A program made the position numbers and the translations under genes. The notes beneath the pieces are model-generated. The model saw only the letters and a list, made by a program, of their open reading frames with translations. It searched no databases and was not told the DNA's origin. Positions 13,243 to 24,422 of a DNA stretch of 64,000 nucleotides are shown piece after piece (within the stretch, counting starts at the first letter, position 1; each line of letters begins with the position of its first letter). This DNA comes from an uncultured Thermoleophilia bacterium. Its GTDB lineage: Bacteria; Actinomycetota; Thermoleophilia; UBA2241. Location: assembly GCA_963747935.1 (NCBI GenBank), contig CAVVGY010000006.1:30443-94442 (forward strand). The letters run 5' to 3'.

Positions 13243-14127
13243 TCAGTCGCCCGCGCCCGGCTCGTCGGGCGGCGCGGGCCGGACGGAGAACCCGGCGGCG
13301 GCGATCTGCGCCAGCAGCTGGTCCGCCGCCGGCGCCAGGAGCGCGGCGACGGCGGCTTCGCTCTCGCCGCGCCCGCTCAGCGTGACCTTGATGACGCGCG
13401 TGCTGCCCAGCACCTTGGCGCGCGACTTGACGTACACCGCCGGGTGCTGCTCCTCGGCGGCGCGCAGGATGTCGGCGATGGCCGACTCGTCCTGCAGCTC
13501 CACCTCGAGCGAGCGCTCCTCGTAGCGCGCGTCGCCGAACACCTCGGCGACCAGCGGCCCGAGCGACTCGTCGACGATCGCCTTGAGCTCTCCGGGCACG
13601 CCGGGCAGCGAGACGACGCGCGTCACGCCGCTGCGGCAGAGCACGCCCGGGGCGCCGCCGATGGGGTTGACGAGCGGCTCCGCGCCGGCGGGCAGCCGCG
13701 CCATCTTGCGGCGGTTCTCGTTGAGCTCCGGGAACGGCACGTAGCCGGCCGCGAAGAACTCCTGGTACTTGGCCGCGACCATGCGCTCGGCCTCGGGGTG
13801 CAGCTCCAGCGGGACCCCGAGGCCCAGAGCGACGCCCTCGAGCGTGCGGTCGTCGCTGGTGGGCCCGAGCCCGCCGACCGTGAAGACGAGGGCGGGCACG
13901 CGGCCGAGGCAGCTGCGCAGCTCGGCGCCGATCGCGTCCACGTCGTCGCGCAGCATCACCGTGCGGCGCACCAGCCCGCCGAGGGCCGTCACGCGCGTGC
14001 ACAGCCAGTTGGTGTTGGTGTCGAGCACGTCGCCGATGAGCACCTCGTTGCCGGCCGAGACGATCTCGACGATCGGCGCCCCGGTGGCGGGGTCGAGGGG
14101 GCCATGCGTGGGGATGCTGCCGCTCAT
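13243..14127 (-). CDS. Molybdopterin-binding / CinA N-terminal-like protein
   Basis: IVSAGNEVLIGDVLDTN, GGLGPTSDDRT, LPGVPGE. Confidence 0.85.
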   Translation of the reverse strand: MSGSIPTHGPLDPATGAPIVEIVSAGNEVLIGDVLDTNTNWLCTRVTALGGLVRRTVMLRDDVDAIGAELRSCLGRVPALVFTVGGLGPTSDDRTLEGVALGLGVPLELHPEAERMVAAKYQEFFAAGYVPFPELNENRRKMARLPAGAEPLVNPIGGAPGVLCRSGVTRVVSLPGVPGELKAIVDESLGPLVAEVFGDARYEERSLEVELQDESAIADILRAAEEQHPAVYVKSRAKVLGSTRVIKVTLSGRGESEAAVAALLAPAADQLLAQIAAAGFSVRPAPPDEPGAGD

Positions 14128-14216
14128 GGCCCCAGTCTCGCAGAGGCCCGGATGCGCGGGCAAGGCCGCTTCGCGCTCGCGGTATACTCGCAGCAACAGT
14201 CGAGCAGGAGCCGCCC

Positions 14217-14921
14217 ATGCCCCAGAAGCCGCTGACCATCGTCCAGCACGAGCCCGACGACCCGCCCGGCAGCATCGCCGTGGCGCTCGAGGAGCTCGGG
14301 GTGCCGTTCGAGGTGTGCCGGGTCGACCTCAACGAGACGCTGCCGGCCGGTCCGCACGACACGGCGGGTCTGATCAGTCTCGGCGGCGCCATGCACGTCG
14401 ACCAGGAGCGCCAGTATCCGTTCCTCGCCGACGAGATCCACCTCATGCGGCGCATGGTCCACGAGGGCGCGCCGGTGTGGGGCATCTGCCTCGGCGCGCA
14501 GCTGCTCGCCATCGCCGCCGGCGGCGCGGCCTACAGGCGCAAGCGCCCCGAGGTCGGCTGGACCAGCATCGAGAAGGTCGCCGACGACCCGCTGCTGCAC
14601 GGCATCTCGTCTCCGTTCACGGCGTTCAACTGGCACGCCTACTCGTGCAAGATCTCGCCGACCTCTCACCTCGTGGCCACGTGCGGCGACGGCGTGCAGG
14701 TGTTCCGCGCCGGCGGCAGGGCCTGGGGCACGCAGTTCCACCCCGAGGTGGACGCCGAGATGGCGCCGCACTGGGTGCGCGACGCCGTCAAGGAGCAGAA
14801 GCACCTGGGGCCGGAGTTCGCCGAGCAGTTGCAGCGGGAGACCGACGAGCGGCTGGCCGGCTATCCGGCGTTCTGCCGCCGCATCACCGAGAACTTCCTC
14901 GTCGCCTCCGGCCTGCTCTAG
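14217..14921 (+). CDS. Type 1 glutamine amidotransferase
   Basis: GICLGAQL nucleophile Cys, QFHPE His-Glu. Confidence 0.9.
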   Translation: MPQKPLTIVQHEPDDPPGSIAVALEELGVPFEVCRVDLNETLPAGPHDTAGLISLGGAMHVDQERQYPFLADEIHLMRRMVHEGAPVWGICLGAQLLAIAAGGAAYRRKRPEVGWTSIEKVADDPLLHGISSPFTAFNWHAYSCKISPTSHLVATCGDGVQVFRAGGRAWGTQFHPEVDAEMAPHWVRDAVKEQKHLGPEFAEQLQRETDERLAGYPAFCRRITENFLVASGLL

Positions 14922-15029
14922 AGAGCAGAGCCGTCCGGACCCGAGCCTGCTCGGGTCGGCACGGCGTCGAACCGACCCCGTACGCACAGAGGCGGCGCCG
15001 GGGAGCGCCGCCTCGTGCACCAGTTTCCT

Positions 15030-15131
15030 GGCAGCCCCCCGGGGAGGGGGGCTTGTGAAAGGAGCCATGGGGTGGTACCTGGAGGTACCTTGCGTAGGGG
15101 AGGGGTGTGTGGAGGGGGACTCCGCTACGCA
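15030..15131 (-). ncRNA. Candidate sRNA with C-rich loops
   Basis: Extended -10 TGGTAATAT at 15146-15138; hairpins TGCGTAG/CTACGCA, GGTACC/GGTACC and AGCCCCCC/GGGGGGCT. Confidence 0.4.
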
Positions 15132-15216
15132 GACGGTATATTACCACCACCCCGACAGTTGAAACCACCCCCGTAGTGTTAAGCAATGTGAAGGGCCAGA
15201 TTTGGCGGAGGCACGG

Positions 15217-16769
15217 GTGACGGAGACGCCGCGGCGCACCCTGTTCGAGGTCGAACGGGAGAAGCGCTGGCGCATCTGGCTGCTCTTCGGGCTGCTGCTG
15301 GTCCTCGCGTTCGTGAGCGCGTGGGTGGGCTGTCTCATCGTGACCGTCGTCCTGTACCTCGCGCTCCCCGAGCCGGTGATCGTGACCTGGCTGTTCACTC
15401 CGCTCGGCGTCGCGATCGTCCTCGGCGCCGCCCTCGCGCTCTCGCTCGTGTACTGGGGCCTCGCCCAGATCGGCGCCCGCGGCCGGCTGCTGAAGGCCAT
15501 GCACTGCCGGCCGCTCGACCCGGGCGACCGCTACCACGAGCGGCTCGCCAACATCGTCGAGGAGATGCGCATCGCCACCGGCGCTCCGCGCATCGAGTGC
15601 GTCACGGTGCGCACCGTGGGCCTCAACGCGTTCGCGTTCAGCGACCTCCACGGCGCCGGGGTCATCGGGGTGACCGAGGGCGCGCTGGCCAGGCTCTCGC
15701 GGCAGCAACTGCAGGCGGTGGTGGCGCACGAGTTCGCGCACATCCTGTCCGGCAGCTACGTGACCGTCACCGTGTCGTGCCTGCTGTTCGGCATCTACTC
15801 GTCGCTCATGGAGCGCATCGACGGCGCCACGGACGCGACGGCGGACACGGAGGGCAGGGTCGGCCCTCGTCGTCATGGTGCCGTTGCGGGGCTGGCTCTG
15901 GGTGATGCAGCTGGCGGCGTCGGTGGTCAACGCGGCCATCAGCCGCCAGCGTGAGTGGCAGGCCGACCTGGCGGCGGTGCGGTACACGCGCGACCCGCTG
16001 GCGCTGGCCGAGGCCCTGCGTGTGGTCTCGCGCCACCCCGGCGGGGCCGGCTACATCCCCGAGGGGCTCGGCCCGCTGTGCATCCGCGCCACCGGCAGCC
16101 TGGGCTGGCCCAACGTCGCCTGGCGCGACACCCACCCGCCCCTCGAGGCCCGCATCCGGATGCTGCTCGGCGTCGCGCACGTGTCCCCGGGCGAGTTCGA
16201 GCGGCAGGCGGCCCAGGCCGGCGAGGACTTCGAGCGCCGGGAGCACTGGGCGCCGGCGCCGCCCGCGCAGCGTCCTGCGGCGCCGGCGCTCGGCGCCACG
16301 CCGCCTGGTGCGGCGCTCGGCGCTCGGCTGGTCGCGGCGCCGCTCGCCGCCGCGCGGTCCGGTCTCGGCAGGCACGAGCTGCCCGGCCTGCGGCGCCGGC
16401 CTCGTGCGCACGCCCTACGAGGGCATCGACATCGTGACCTGCGACCGCTGTGGCGGCCGGCTCGTGACGACCGCGCAGGTGGGCAAGCTGCTGGCGCGCC
16501 GCGAAGCCGGCTTCTCCGACGACCAGCGCCGGGTGGCCGAGCTCGTCACGGCGTCCGGCGACAGCCTGCGCCGCGCCGCCGTGCTCGCCCGCGGCAAGGC
16601 CGGCGTTGCGCTCGTCCCCTGCCCTGCGTGCGCCGCGCCGATGATGCGGCGCCACTACAGCTACGAGTACGCGGTGGAGATCGACCACTGCGTGCGCTGC
16701 GACCTCCTCTGGTTCGAGAAGGACGAACTGGAGGCGCTGCAGATCCTGGTGGAACGGCAGGCGGGCTGA
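15217..16769 (+). CDS. HtpX-like M48 metalloprotease with two C-terminal zinc ribbons (frameshifts near 15860 and 16350)
   Basis: NAFA, AHEFAH, SRQREWQADLAA, THPPLEARI; CPAC..CDRC and CPAC..CVRC. Confidence 0.75.
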
Positions 16770-16875
16770 TGCGGCTTCCTCTACACTTGGACGGCGCACC
16801 TTGCCGGCGGGTCGTGCGTCTCCTGTGGGTCGCGCTTCCGCCGGCGCGACCTTCGCCTGCCACGACTCACGACCG

Positions 16876-18732
16876 ATGAACGATCAGCACCGCGACCCAG
16901 ACGCCGCCGGCGTCCCGACCCTGCTCGCCGGCCGGTATCGCATCATCTCCCCGCTCGGGAGCGGAGGGATGGCCGACGTCTACCTGGCGGAGGACGAGCG
17001 GCTCAGCCGCCGGGTCGCCGTCAAGGTGCTCAAGGCGCGCCTGGCCGCCGACGACGAGTTCGTCGAGCGGTTCCGCATCGAGGCGCAGGCGGCGGCCAGC
17101 CTCAACCACTCCAGCATCGTGGCCGTGTACGACCGCGGCAGCGCCGACGGCGTCACCTACATCGCCATGGAGTACGTGGCCGGCGAGTCGCTCAAGCAGC
17201 GTCTGCGCCGCGACGGCGCGCTCCCGCCGGACGAGGCCGTGGCCGTCGCGCTCGCGGTGCTCTCAGCGCTCGGCGCGGCGCACGCGCGCCACATCGTCCA
17301 CCGCGACGTGACCTCGTACAACGTCATGCTGGCGGAGGACGGGCGCGTGGTGGTCACCGACTTCGGCATCGCACGCATGGGCGACTCCGCGCTGACGCGC
17401 ACCGGAGCCATGATGGGCACGTCCTCCTACCTCTCGCCGGAGCAGGCCCAGGGCCGGCCGGCGGACGAGCGGTCCGACCTCTACAGCCTCGGCGTGGTGC
17501 TCTACGAGATGCTCACCGGGCGCGTGCCGTTCAAGGGCGAGTCCGACGTGGCCGTGGCCATGCAGCACGTGCAGGCGGCCCCGCCGAACCCGCGCACGCT
17601 CACGCCGGCGGTGTCGGAGGCGCTCGCGGCGACGGTGATGCGCGCGCTGAGCAAGGACCCGTCGGACAGGTTCCAGGACGCCGAAGAGTTCGCGGCCGCG
17701 CTGCGCAAGGCGCGGCGGCCGGCGCGGAACGACCGCGGCGCGAGCGTCGCGGTGGGCGAGGGCGCCGGCCACGGTACGCTCGCGGCCGCCGGTGTGGCCG
17801 CGGCCGCCGGCGCCGGCGCGGCGGCGGGAGCGTCCGTGCTGGGCGCGGTCGCCGCTCCTCCGGCGCCCGCGCGGGCCGCGGTCACACCCGCTCCGCAAGC
17901 CCCTGCTCCGCCTGCCGTCGCGCCGCCCGCCCCAGCGGCGGCTGCCGCCGGCGGCGAGCCGCTGGTCACTGTCGTCGTGGCGGAGGCCCCTACCAGGTAT
18001 CACTCCGCCGAGCCCGCGACGACCGTCCGCCCGCGTCCGCGACGCCGGATCCGGCGGTACCTGCTGCTCGCGCTGCTCGTGCTGGTGGTGGCCGCGGCCG
18101 GTTGGGTCGCCTACATCACCTGGCTGGCGCCCGGCACCACGGTCCCGAGCCTCGTCGGCGAGCGGCGCACCGACGCCGTCCAGGCGCTGCGCGACGAGGG
18201 TCTCAAGCCGGCGCTGCACTACGTGTGGGCCGACAGGTACGCCGAGGGCGAGGTCGCTCGCCAGGCCCCGCGCGGCGGCCAGCGCGTGGACGACGGCGTC
18301 AAGGTGGACCTCTGGGTGAGTCGCGGTCCGCTCCACCTGCCTGCGCCCGACCTCTCGGGCTCGACCGCCACGGCGGCCAAGGACACGCTCGAGGGCGCGT
18401 CGCTCACCTACAAGAGCCATCGGTCCGCCTCGGAGAGCGTGCCCAAGGGGCAGGTGTTCCGGCAGAAGCCGGCCGCCGGCAAGACGGTGCAGCGGGGAGA
18501 TACGGTGACGTTCTGGGTGAGCAGCGGGCCGCCCAAGGTCTACGTGCCCGACGTGGTCGGCCTCTCGCAGGGCGACGCCCAGGCGCAGCTCGAGGATGAG
18601 GGGTTCGTGGTGAGCGTGGACTACGTGGCCGGCTGGGGCGAGATGCCCGGCGACGTGGTGGGCCAGGACCCGGTGGCCGGCACCAAGGGCCGGGCCGGCG
18701 ACGAGATCGTCATCCAGGTCGCCGTGTTCTGA
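16876..18732 (+). CDS. pknB: Stk1/PknB-type Ser/Thr kinase with PASTA domains
   Basis: LGSGGMADVY, VAVKVL, HRDV, DFGIA, YLSPEQ, TM segment, three PASTA-like repeats. Confidence 0.85.
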   Translation: MNDQHRDPDAAGVPTLLAGRYRIISPLGSGGMADVYLAEDERLSRRVAVKVLKARLAADDEFVERFRIEAQAAASLNHSSIVAVYDRGSADGVTYIAMEYVAGESLKQRLRRDGALPPDEAVAVALAVLSALGAAHARHIVHRDVTSYNVMLAEDGRVVVTDFGIARMGDSALTRTGAMMGTSSYLSPEQAQGRPADERSDLYSLGVVLYEMLTGRVPFKGESDVAVAMQHVQAAPPNPRTLTPAVSEALAATVMRALSKDPSDRFQDAEEFAAALRKARRPARNDRGASVAVGEGAGHGTLAAAGVAAAAGAGAAAGASVLGAVAAPPAPARAAVTPAPQAPAPPAVAPPAPAAAAAGGEPLVTVVVAEAPTRYHSAEPATTVRPRPRRRIRRYLLLALLVLVVAAAGWVAYITWLAPGTTVPSLVGERRTDAVQALRDEGLKPALHYVWADRYAEGEVARQAPRGGQRVDDGVKVDLWVSRGPLHLPAPDLSGSTATAAKDTLEGASLTYKSHRSASESVPKGQVFRQKPAAGKTVQRGDTVTFWVSSGPPKVYVPDVVGLSQGDAQAQLEDEGFVVSVDYVAGWGEMPGDVVGQDPVAGTKGRAGDEIVIQVAVF

Positions 18733-18734
18733 CG

Positions 18735-19172
18735 GTGGACGCCGTTCTCCAGTTCCTCGGCGTCGCCGCGATCGCCATCGTCGAACTGTGGGCCGCTGTG
18801 CCCGCGGGCATCGCGATGGGGCTCCCGGCGCTGTCCGTGTGGGTGGCCACGCTCGGGGGCGCTCTCGTGGGGATCACGGTGGTCGTGGTCGCGGGAGACC
18901 GCTTGCGGACGTGGCTCGTGGACCGTTTTGGGCACGGGGGCGCGCGCGAGGGCGGCCGGCTGCGGGCGCTGTGGGACCGGTACGGCGTGATCGGCTGGGG
19001 TCTGCTCGCGCCGCTCCTGCTCGGGGCGCCTCTGGCGGCGGCGATCGGCGTCGCTCTCGGCGGGGCGCGCCGGCGTCTGGTGTTCTGGCTGGGGGCCGGG
19101 GCCGCACTCTGGACGACCGTCCTCACCGTGGCCGTCGCTCTCGGCCTGGATGCCGTGCAGACCTGGCTCTGA
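18735..19172 (+). CDS. Small multidrug-export-like membrane protein (COG2426-like)
   Basis: IVELWAAVPAG motif, several hydrophobic segments. Confidence 0.65.
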   Translation: MDAVLQFLGVAAIAIVELWAAVPAGIAMGLPALSVWVATLGGALVGITVVVVAGDRLRTWLVDRFGHGGAREGGRLRALWDRYGVIGWGLLAPLLLGAPLAAAIGVALGGARRRLVFWLGAGAALWTTVLTVAVALGLDAVQTWL

Positions 19173-19218
19173 AGACTCACCCACGGCGCTCACGACGGAG
19201 TCGCCTCGACCCGGCGTG

Positions 19219-22200
19219 TCAGCCGGTGCGACCCGGCCGCGTGCGCGGCTCCACGGCCGGGAGCTCCCAGGCGTCGGGCCGCCGGGTGGTGAGGCCGCCG
19301 GGGACGGAGCCCCCGCCGGCGGCCGGGCCCGCCGTGGCCGGAGCGCCGCCGGCCGGCCGTCCGCGACCGCCGTCCCGGCCGCGGGCCTCGCCGCGGCCGA
19401 CGGCGCGCAGCAGGTCGCTGATGCGGTGCGCCACCACCGCGAGCCCGTGCTCCTCGTCGTTCTGCAGCTCGCCCTCCACCAGCAGGTACACCGCGTCCTT
19501 GAGCACCTTGCCGTACTTGAGGTAGACGTCGTTGAAGACCACCACCTGGCCGAGCTCGGTCTCGTCCTCGAGCGTGAGGAACATGGTGCGGTGGCCGCTG
19601 CGGATCCAGGGCATCTGGGCGCGCTCGAGCACGCCGGCGAGGCGCACGCGGCGGCCGTGGCGGAGCTCGGGCAGCCGCGCCATGGGCGTGACCCCGAGCG
19701 CCTTGATCTCGTCGCGCACGAAGTGCAGCGGGTGGGCGCCGACGTTGAGGCCGAGCAGCTCGAGCTCGATGGCGGCGCGCCGCTCGGCCGGCCAGTCGGG
19801 CAGGAAGCTGAGCGGGCCGAACTGCTCGTCGAGCGCGAGGCGCGGCTGGTCGAGGCCGTCGTCGCCGGCCGTGCCGGCCGGCGCGTGGGACGCGGAGCGT
19901 GCGCCGGCGTACAGCAGCGGCACCTGCGCGACCAGCTCCTCGCGGCGCACGCCGAGCGCGTCGAAGGCGCCGAGGCGCGCGAGGTTCTCCGCGATCTCGC
20001 GGCTGACCCGCGTGCGCGCGACGAAGTCGGCCAGCGAGGTGTACGGGCGCGGCGGGCCGGCCGGGGCAGCTCGCCGGGCCGGTCGCCGCGCGCCTCGACG
20101 ATGGCCCGGCGCGCGGCCGCGCTCATCTCCTTGACGTACGCCAGCCCGACGCGCAGCGCCGTGCCGTCCCGCTCCACCTCGAACCACTCGCCGCTGAGGT
20201 TGACGTCGAGCGGCAGCACCGCGAGCCCGAACCGCCGCGCGTCGTTGAGCACCACCCGCGGCGAGTAGAACCCCATGGGCTGGTTGTTGAGGATGCCGGC
20301 GTAGAACTCGGCCGGGTAGTGCGCCTTGAGCCAGGCCGAGGCGTTGCAGACGATGGCGAAGCAGGCGGCGTGCGCCTTGTTGAAGCCGTAGGCGGCGAAC
20401 CCGCGGAGCTGGCGGAAGACCTCGTCCGCGACCTCCTGTGAGGCGCCGCGCGCCATCGCCTTCTCGACGAAGTTGCGGCCGATGGCGTCCATCTCCTCCA
20501 TGGAGCGCTCGTGGGTCATGGTGCGGCGCAGCAGGTCGGCCTCGGCGAGGCTGAAGCCCGCGACCGCCGAGGCCACCTCGATGACCTGCTCCTGGTAGAC
20601 GATGACCCCGTAGGTGCGGCGCAGGATGCGCTCCATGGCCGGGTGCGCCACGACGACGGGCTCGCGCCCGTGCCGCCGCCTGATGAACGGCGCGATCATG
20701 TCGGCCTGCAGCGGGCCCGGCCGGAACAGCGAGATGGCGGCGATGACGTCCTCGAAGTCGCGCTCCTGCAGGCGCGTGGCCAGGTTGCGCTGCCCCGAGC
20801 TCTCGAGCTGGAACAGCCCGACCGTGCGCGCCGAGCGGACGAGCTCGTACACCTTGGGGTCGTCGCGCGGGAGCTCCCAGGCGCTGACGTGCTCGCCGGT
20901 GCGCGCCTCGATGCGCCGCACCGCCTCGGCGATGGCGGAGTGCATCTTGAGCGCGAGGATGTCCATCTTGACGAGGCCCAGCGTCTCGACGTCGTCCTTG
21001 TCGAACTGGGCCACCACCACGCCCTTGGCCGCCCACTGCAGCGGCACGCGGTCGGTGAGCGGGTCGCGCGAGAGGATGAACCCGCCCAGGTGCGTGCCGA
21101 GGTGGGCGGGGAAGCCGGACAGCCGCTCGGCGACGTCGACCAGGCGGCGGTAGTGCGGGTGCTGGAACTCGTGGCCGGCGAGCTCGGGGCGCTCGGCGAG
21201 CATCTCCCCGAGCTTGGCCGCGCTGCCCCACGGCACCTTGCGCGAGAGGCGGTTGATCTCGTCCGGCGTGAACCCGAACGCGCGGCTGACGATGCGCACC
21301 GCCGACGGCGCGCGCACCGTGTTGACGGTGGCGACCATGGCGACCTTGTCGTGGCCGAAGCGCTCGTAGATGTACTGGATGACCTCGTCGCGGCGCGCCG
21401 AGCAGAAGTCGATGTCCACGTCCGGCATCTCGCGGCGCGCCGGGTTGAGGAAGCGCTCGAAGAGCAACTCGTGCTCGATGGGGTCGGCGTCGGTGATGCG
21501 CAGCACGTAGCTGACGATGCTGTTGCCGGCGGAGCCGCGGCCGGAGTAGTAGATGCCGCGGCCCAGGGCGAACTCGACGATGTCGCGCACGGCGAGGAAG
21601 TACTCGGCGAAGCCGAGCTCCTCGACGACCTTGAGCTCGCGCTCGAGCCGCGCCGTGACCTCGGCGGTGAGCGGCCGGTAGCGCTCGGCGGCGCCCTCGA
21701 AGCAGCGCTTCCAGAGCAGGGAGAAGGCGGTCTCGCCCGGCGGCAGCGGGTAGGCGGGGAAGAGGAGCCTGCCGAGCCCGAGGTCGAGGTTGCAGCGCGC
21801 GGCGATGCGCTCGGCGTTGGCGTAGGCCTCCGGGTAGCGCTGGAACAGGCGGTGCATCTGCCCGGGGCCTTTGAGGTAGAGCTCGGCGTTCTTGCGCCCC
21901 AGCGGGTTGGGCAGCGGCTGGTTGGCGGCCTCGGCGGCGAGCACGTCGTGCAGGCCGGCGTCGGCCTTGACCGTGTAGTGGACGTCGCCGGTGGCGACGG
22001 TGGGGATGCGCAGCTCGTGGGCGAGGAGGTCGAGGGCGCGCAGCGAGGCGTCCGAGTCCGGCAGCAGCTCGTGCTGCAGCTCGATGAAGTACTCGCGGCC
22101 GAAGATGCCGCGGAAGACGGAGGCCGCGGCGCGGGCGCCGGCCTTGTCGCCGGCGAGCAGCCGCGACCAGACCTCGCCGCGGCGGCAGCCGCTGAGCGCG

Positions 22201-22801
22201 ACGAGGTGGCCGCCGTGCTCGGCGAGCGTGGCGAGCCGGGCCAGCGGAGGCTCGCCCGGGTGCTCGAGGTGGGCGGCGCTGATGATGCGGCACAGGTTGC
22301 TCCAGCCGGCGTAGTCCTTGGCGAGCAGCACCAGGTGGTACCCGCCGGCGCCGGAGGCGCGGGCGGCGGAGGGCGGCACCGTGGCCGCCGCCTTGAGGTG
22401 GGCGATGCGGCCGTCCGGCGCGAGCGCGGCCGCTCTCGCGGCGCCTGCCCCGTCCGAGGATGCGCCCAGCGCGCCCAGCGCGGCCGCCGCGGCGGGATCG
22501 GCGGCGCGGCGGCGGCGGCGGGCGCGGACGAGGCCGCCGCGCCGTCGTCCGCGCCCGGCTCCCAGATCCGGCCGCCGGGCCCGACCGCCGGCTCGACCGT
22601 GAGCTCCACGCCGACGATGGGCTTGATGCCGGCCGCCTTGCACGCCTGGTAGAAGCGCACGGCGCCGTACAGCCCCTCGTGGTCGGTGACGGCCAGCGCC
22701 GGCATGCCGAGCTCGGCGGCGCGCATGACCACCTCGTTGATGCGGCAGGCGCCGTCGCCGAACGAGAACGTGGTGTGCAGGTGCAGGTGGACGAAGCTCA
22801 C
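19219..22801 (-). CDS. dnaE2: Error-prone DNA polymerase III alpha (frameshifts near 22400-22600 and 20060)
   Basis: PHP HLHLHT/TDH, GRGSAGNS, PDVDIDF, QLESSGQ, YGFNKAHA, NNQPMGFYSP, OB fold FLTLEDET. Confidence 0.88.
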
Positions 22802-22820
22802 CGTGGCCTCCGGGACATGG

Positions 22821-23156
22821 TCATCCGAGCTCCCGCTCGAGCGCCCACGCCTTGCTGAGGCGGTCGTAGCGCAGGTCGACGACGCGGCCGCCGGCGCGCA
22901 CCCGCCAGTACGAGCGGCTGACGTGGCCCTCGTCCTTCCACCAGCCGGTCTCGAGGACCCACGTCTCGAGCACGCGCTCGACCTGGTAGCGGCGGCGGCG
23001 CCAGACGAAGGCGACCGGGCGCCGCGCCCGCTCGTCCCAGCTCACGGCGACCGGCACGGCCTCGCCGTTGGGGCCCGGGCGGCCGGCACGAGCCCGGGCG
23101 GCGCCGGTGAGGCGGTCGCTGGGTCTGTCTCCGGAGGTGGCTCCGCCGCTCGGCAT
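22821..23156 (-). CDS. DUF6504-like small protein in the dnaE2 operon
   Basis: PVAFVWRRRRYQVERVLETW..GWW...YWRV...W.L pattern. Confidence 0.75.
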   Translation of the reverse strand: MPSGGATSGDRPSDRLTGAARARAGRPGPNGEAVPVAVSWDERARRPVAFVWRRRRYQVERVLETWVLETGWWKDEGHVSRSYWRVRAGGRVVDLRYDRLSKAWALERELG

Positions 23157-23206
23157 GTGGGGCTCCTGACGTGCGGATGGACGGTGCTGCGGGGGCAATG
23201 AGCGTA

Positions 23207-23226
23207 ACACGAACATATGTTCGTGT
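23207..23226. promoter_or_regulatory. LexA SOS box
   Basis: Perfect palindrome ACACGAACATATGTTCGTGT containing CGAAC-N4-GTTCG, upstream of the dnaE2 operon. Confidence 0.9.
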
Positions 23227-23283
23227 AAACGTCGGACGGAAAGGGGGGACTGCGGCGGCGTGGCCCGGGGTCGGCGCGGCGCA

Positions 23284-23383
23284 GGGAGGTATGCGCTCTG
23301 GGGGTCGGAGCCTCTGTCGGAGCCTTATCCGGCACCACATACGGCGCCGGACAAGGCTCCGACCCCCAGACACACATACTCCC
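23284..23383. repeat. REP-like palindromic element, copy 1
   Basis: Stem TCTGGGGGTCGGAGCCT (23297-23313) / AGGCTCCGACCCCCAGA (23354-23370). Confidence 0.65.
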
Positions 23384-23452
23384 TGCGGGCTGCTGCCGGG
23401 TAGAGCCGGCCGGAGCGGAGGGCTTCCGGAGCCCGCGCGAGGAGTCGCAGCG

Positions 23453-24211
23453 TCAGGCCGAGACGCTCACCTCGGCGAGGTCGTCCACCACCACGTCGGC
23501 GCCGTGCTCGCTGAGCGCGGCGGCCTGGCCGAGCCGGTCGACGCCGATGACGAGGCCGAACTCGCCGCGGCGTCCGGCCTCCACGCCGGAGAGCGCGTCC
23601 TCGACCACCACGGAGCGCGCCGCGTCCACGCCCAGGCGGCGCGCCGTCTCCAGGTACATCGCCGGGTCGGGCTTGCCCGGGAGCCCGACCTCCTCCGCCA
23701 CCACGCCGTCCACGCGCACCTCGAACAGGTCGGTGGTGCCGGTCACGTCCAGCACCATGGCCGTGTTCTTGCTCGAGGACATGAGGCCCACGTGGATCCC
23801 GGCCTCGTGCAGGTGCTTGATGAGCTCCACGGTGGAGGGGTAGGTCTTGACGCCGTGCTCGCGCACCTCGGCGTTGAAGAGGTCGTTCTTGCGGTTGCCG
23901 AGGCCGCAGACGGTCTCGCGCTCCGGCGGGTCCGACGGGTCGCCCATGGGCAGTCCGATGCCGCGCGAGGCGAGGAAGTCGCGCACGCCGTCGTAGCGCG
24001 GCTTGCCGTCCACGTAGCGCGCGTAGTCGGCGTCGAGGTCGAACGGGCGGAAGGGATCGCCGGCGCGCGCCGCCCGCTCCCGGAGGTACTCGTCGAAGAG
24101 GCGCTTCCAGGCGGCCGCGTGCACCGCCGCGGTCTGGGTGACGACGCCGTCCAGGTCGAAGATGACGGCGTCGTACTCGCTCCTCGCGATGGTGACGCGT
24201 GTGGTCTCCAC
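23453..24211 (-). CDS. Beta-phosphoglucomutase-family HAD hydrolase
   Basis: FDLDGVVT, YVDGKPRYDGV, GKPDP, VEDALSGVEAG. Confidence 0.88.
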   Translation of the reverse strand: METTRVTIARSEYDAVIFDLDGVVTQTAAVHAAAWKRLFDEYLRERAARAGDPFRPFDLDADYARYVDGKPRYDGVRDFLASRGIGLPMGDPSDPPERETVCGLGNRKNDLFNAEVREHGVKTYPSTVELIKHLHEAGIHVGLMSSSKNTAMVLDVTGTTDLFEVRVDGVVAEEVGLPGKPDPAMYLETARRLGVDAARSVVVEDALSGVEAGRRGEFGLVIGVDRLGQAAALSEHGADVVVDDLAEVSVSA

Positions 24212-24422
24212 GTCTTGCCTCCCGTCGGTCGTGCTGCGCTCTCTGCCCGGCAACGTTCCCGTTCCGTCGCAAGCCTCATCGTAGCCGCGCGGACGTTCCC
24301 TCGTCGTCGCCGGGTCGGAGTTGGACACACGCCCAGCTTGTGGCAGGATGGGCACAGCGTCATCGCGCGCGGGGGAGCGCCGCTCGGTGCGCTGGTAATG
24401 AACGGTCCAAAAGGGGGGTACC

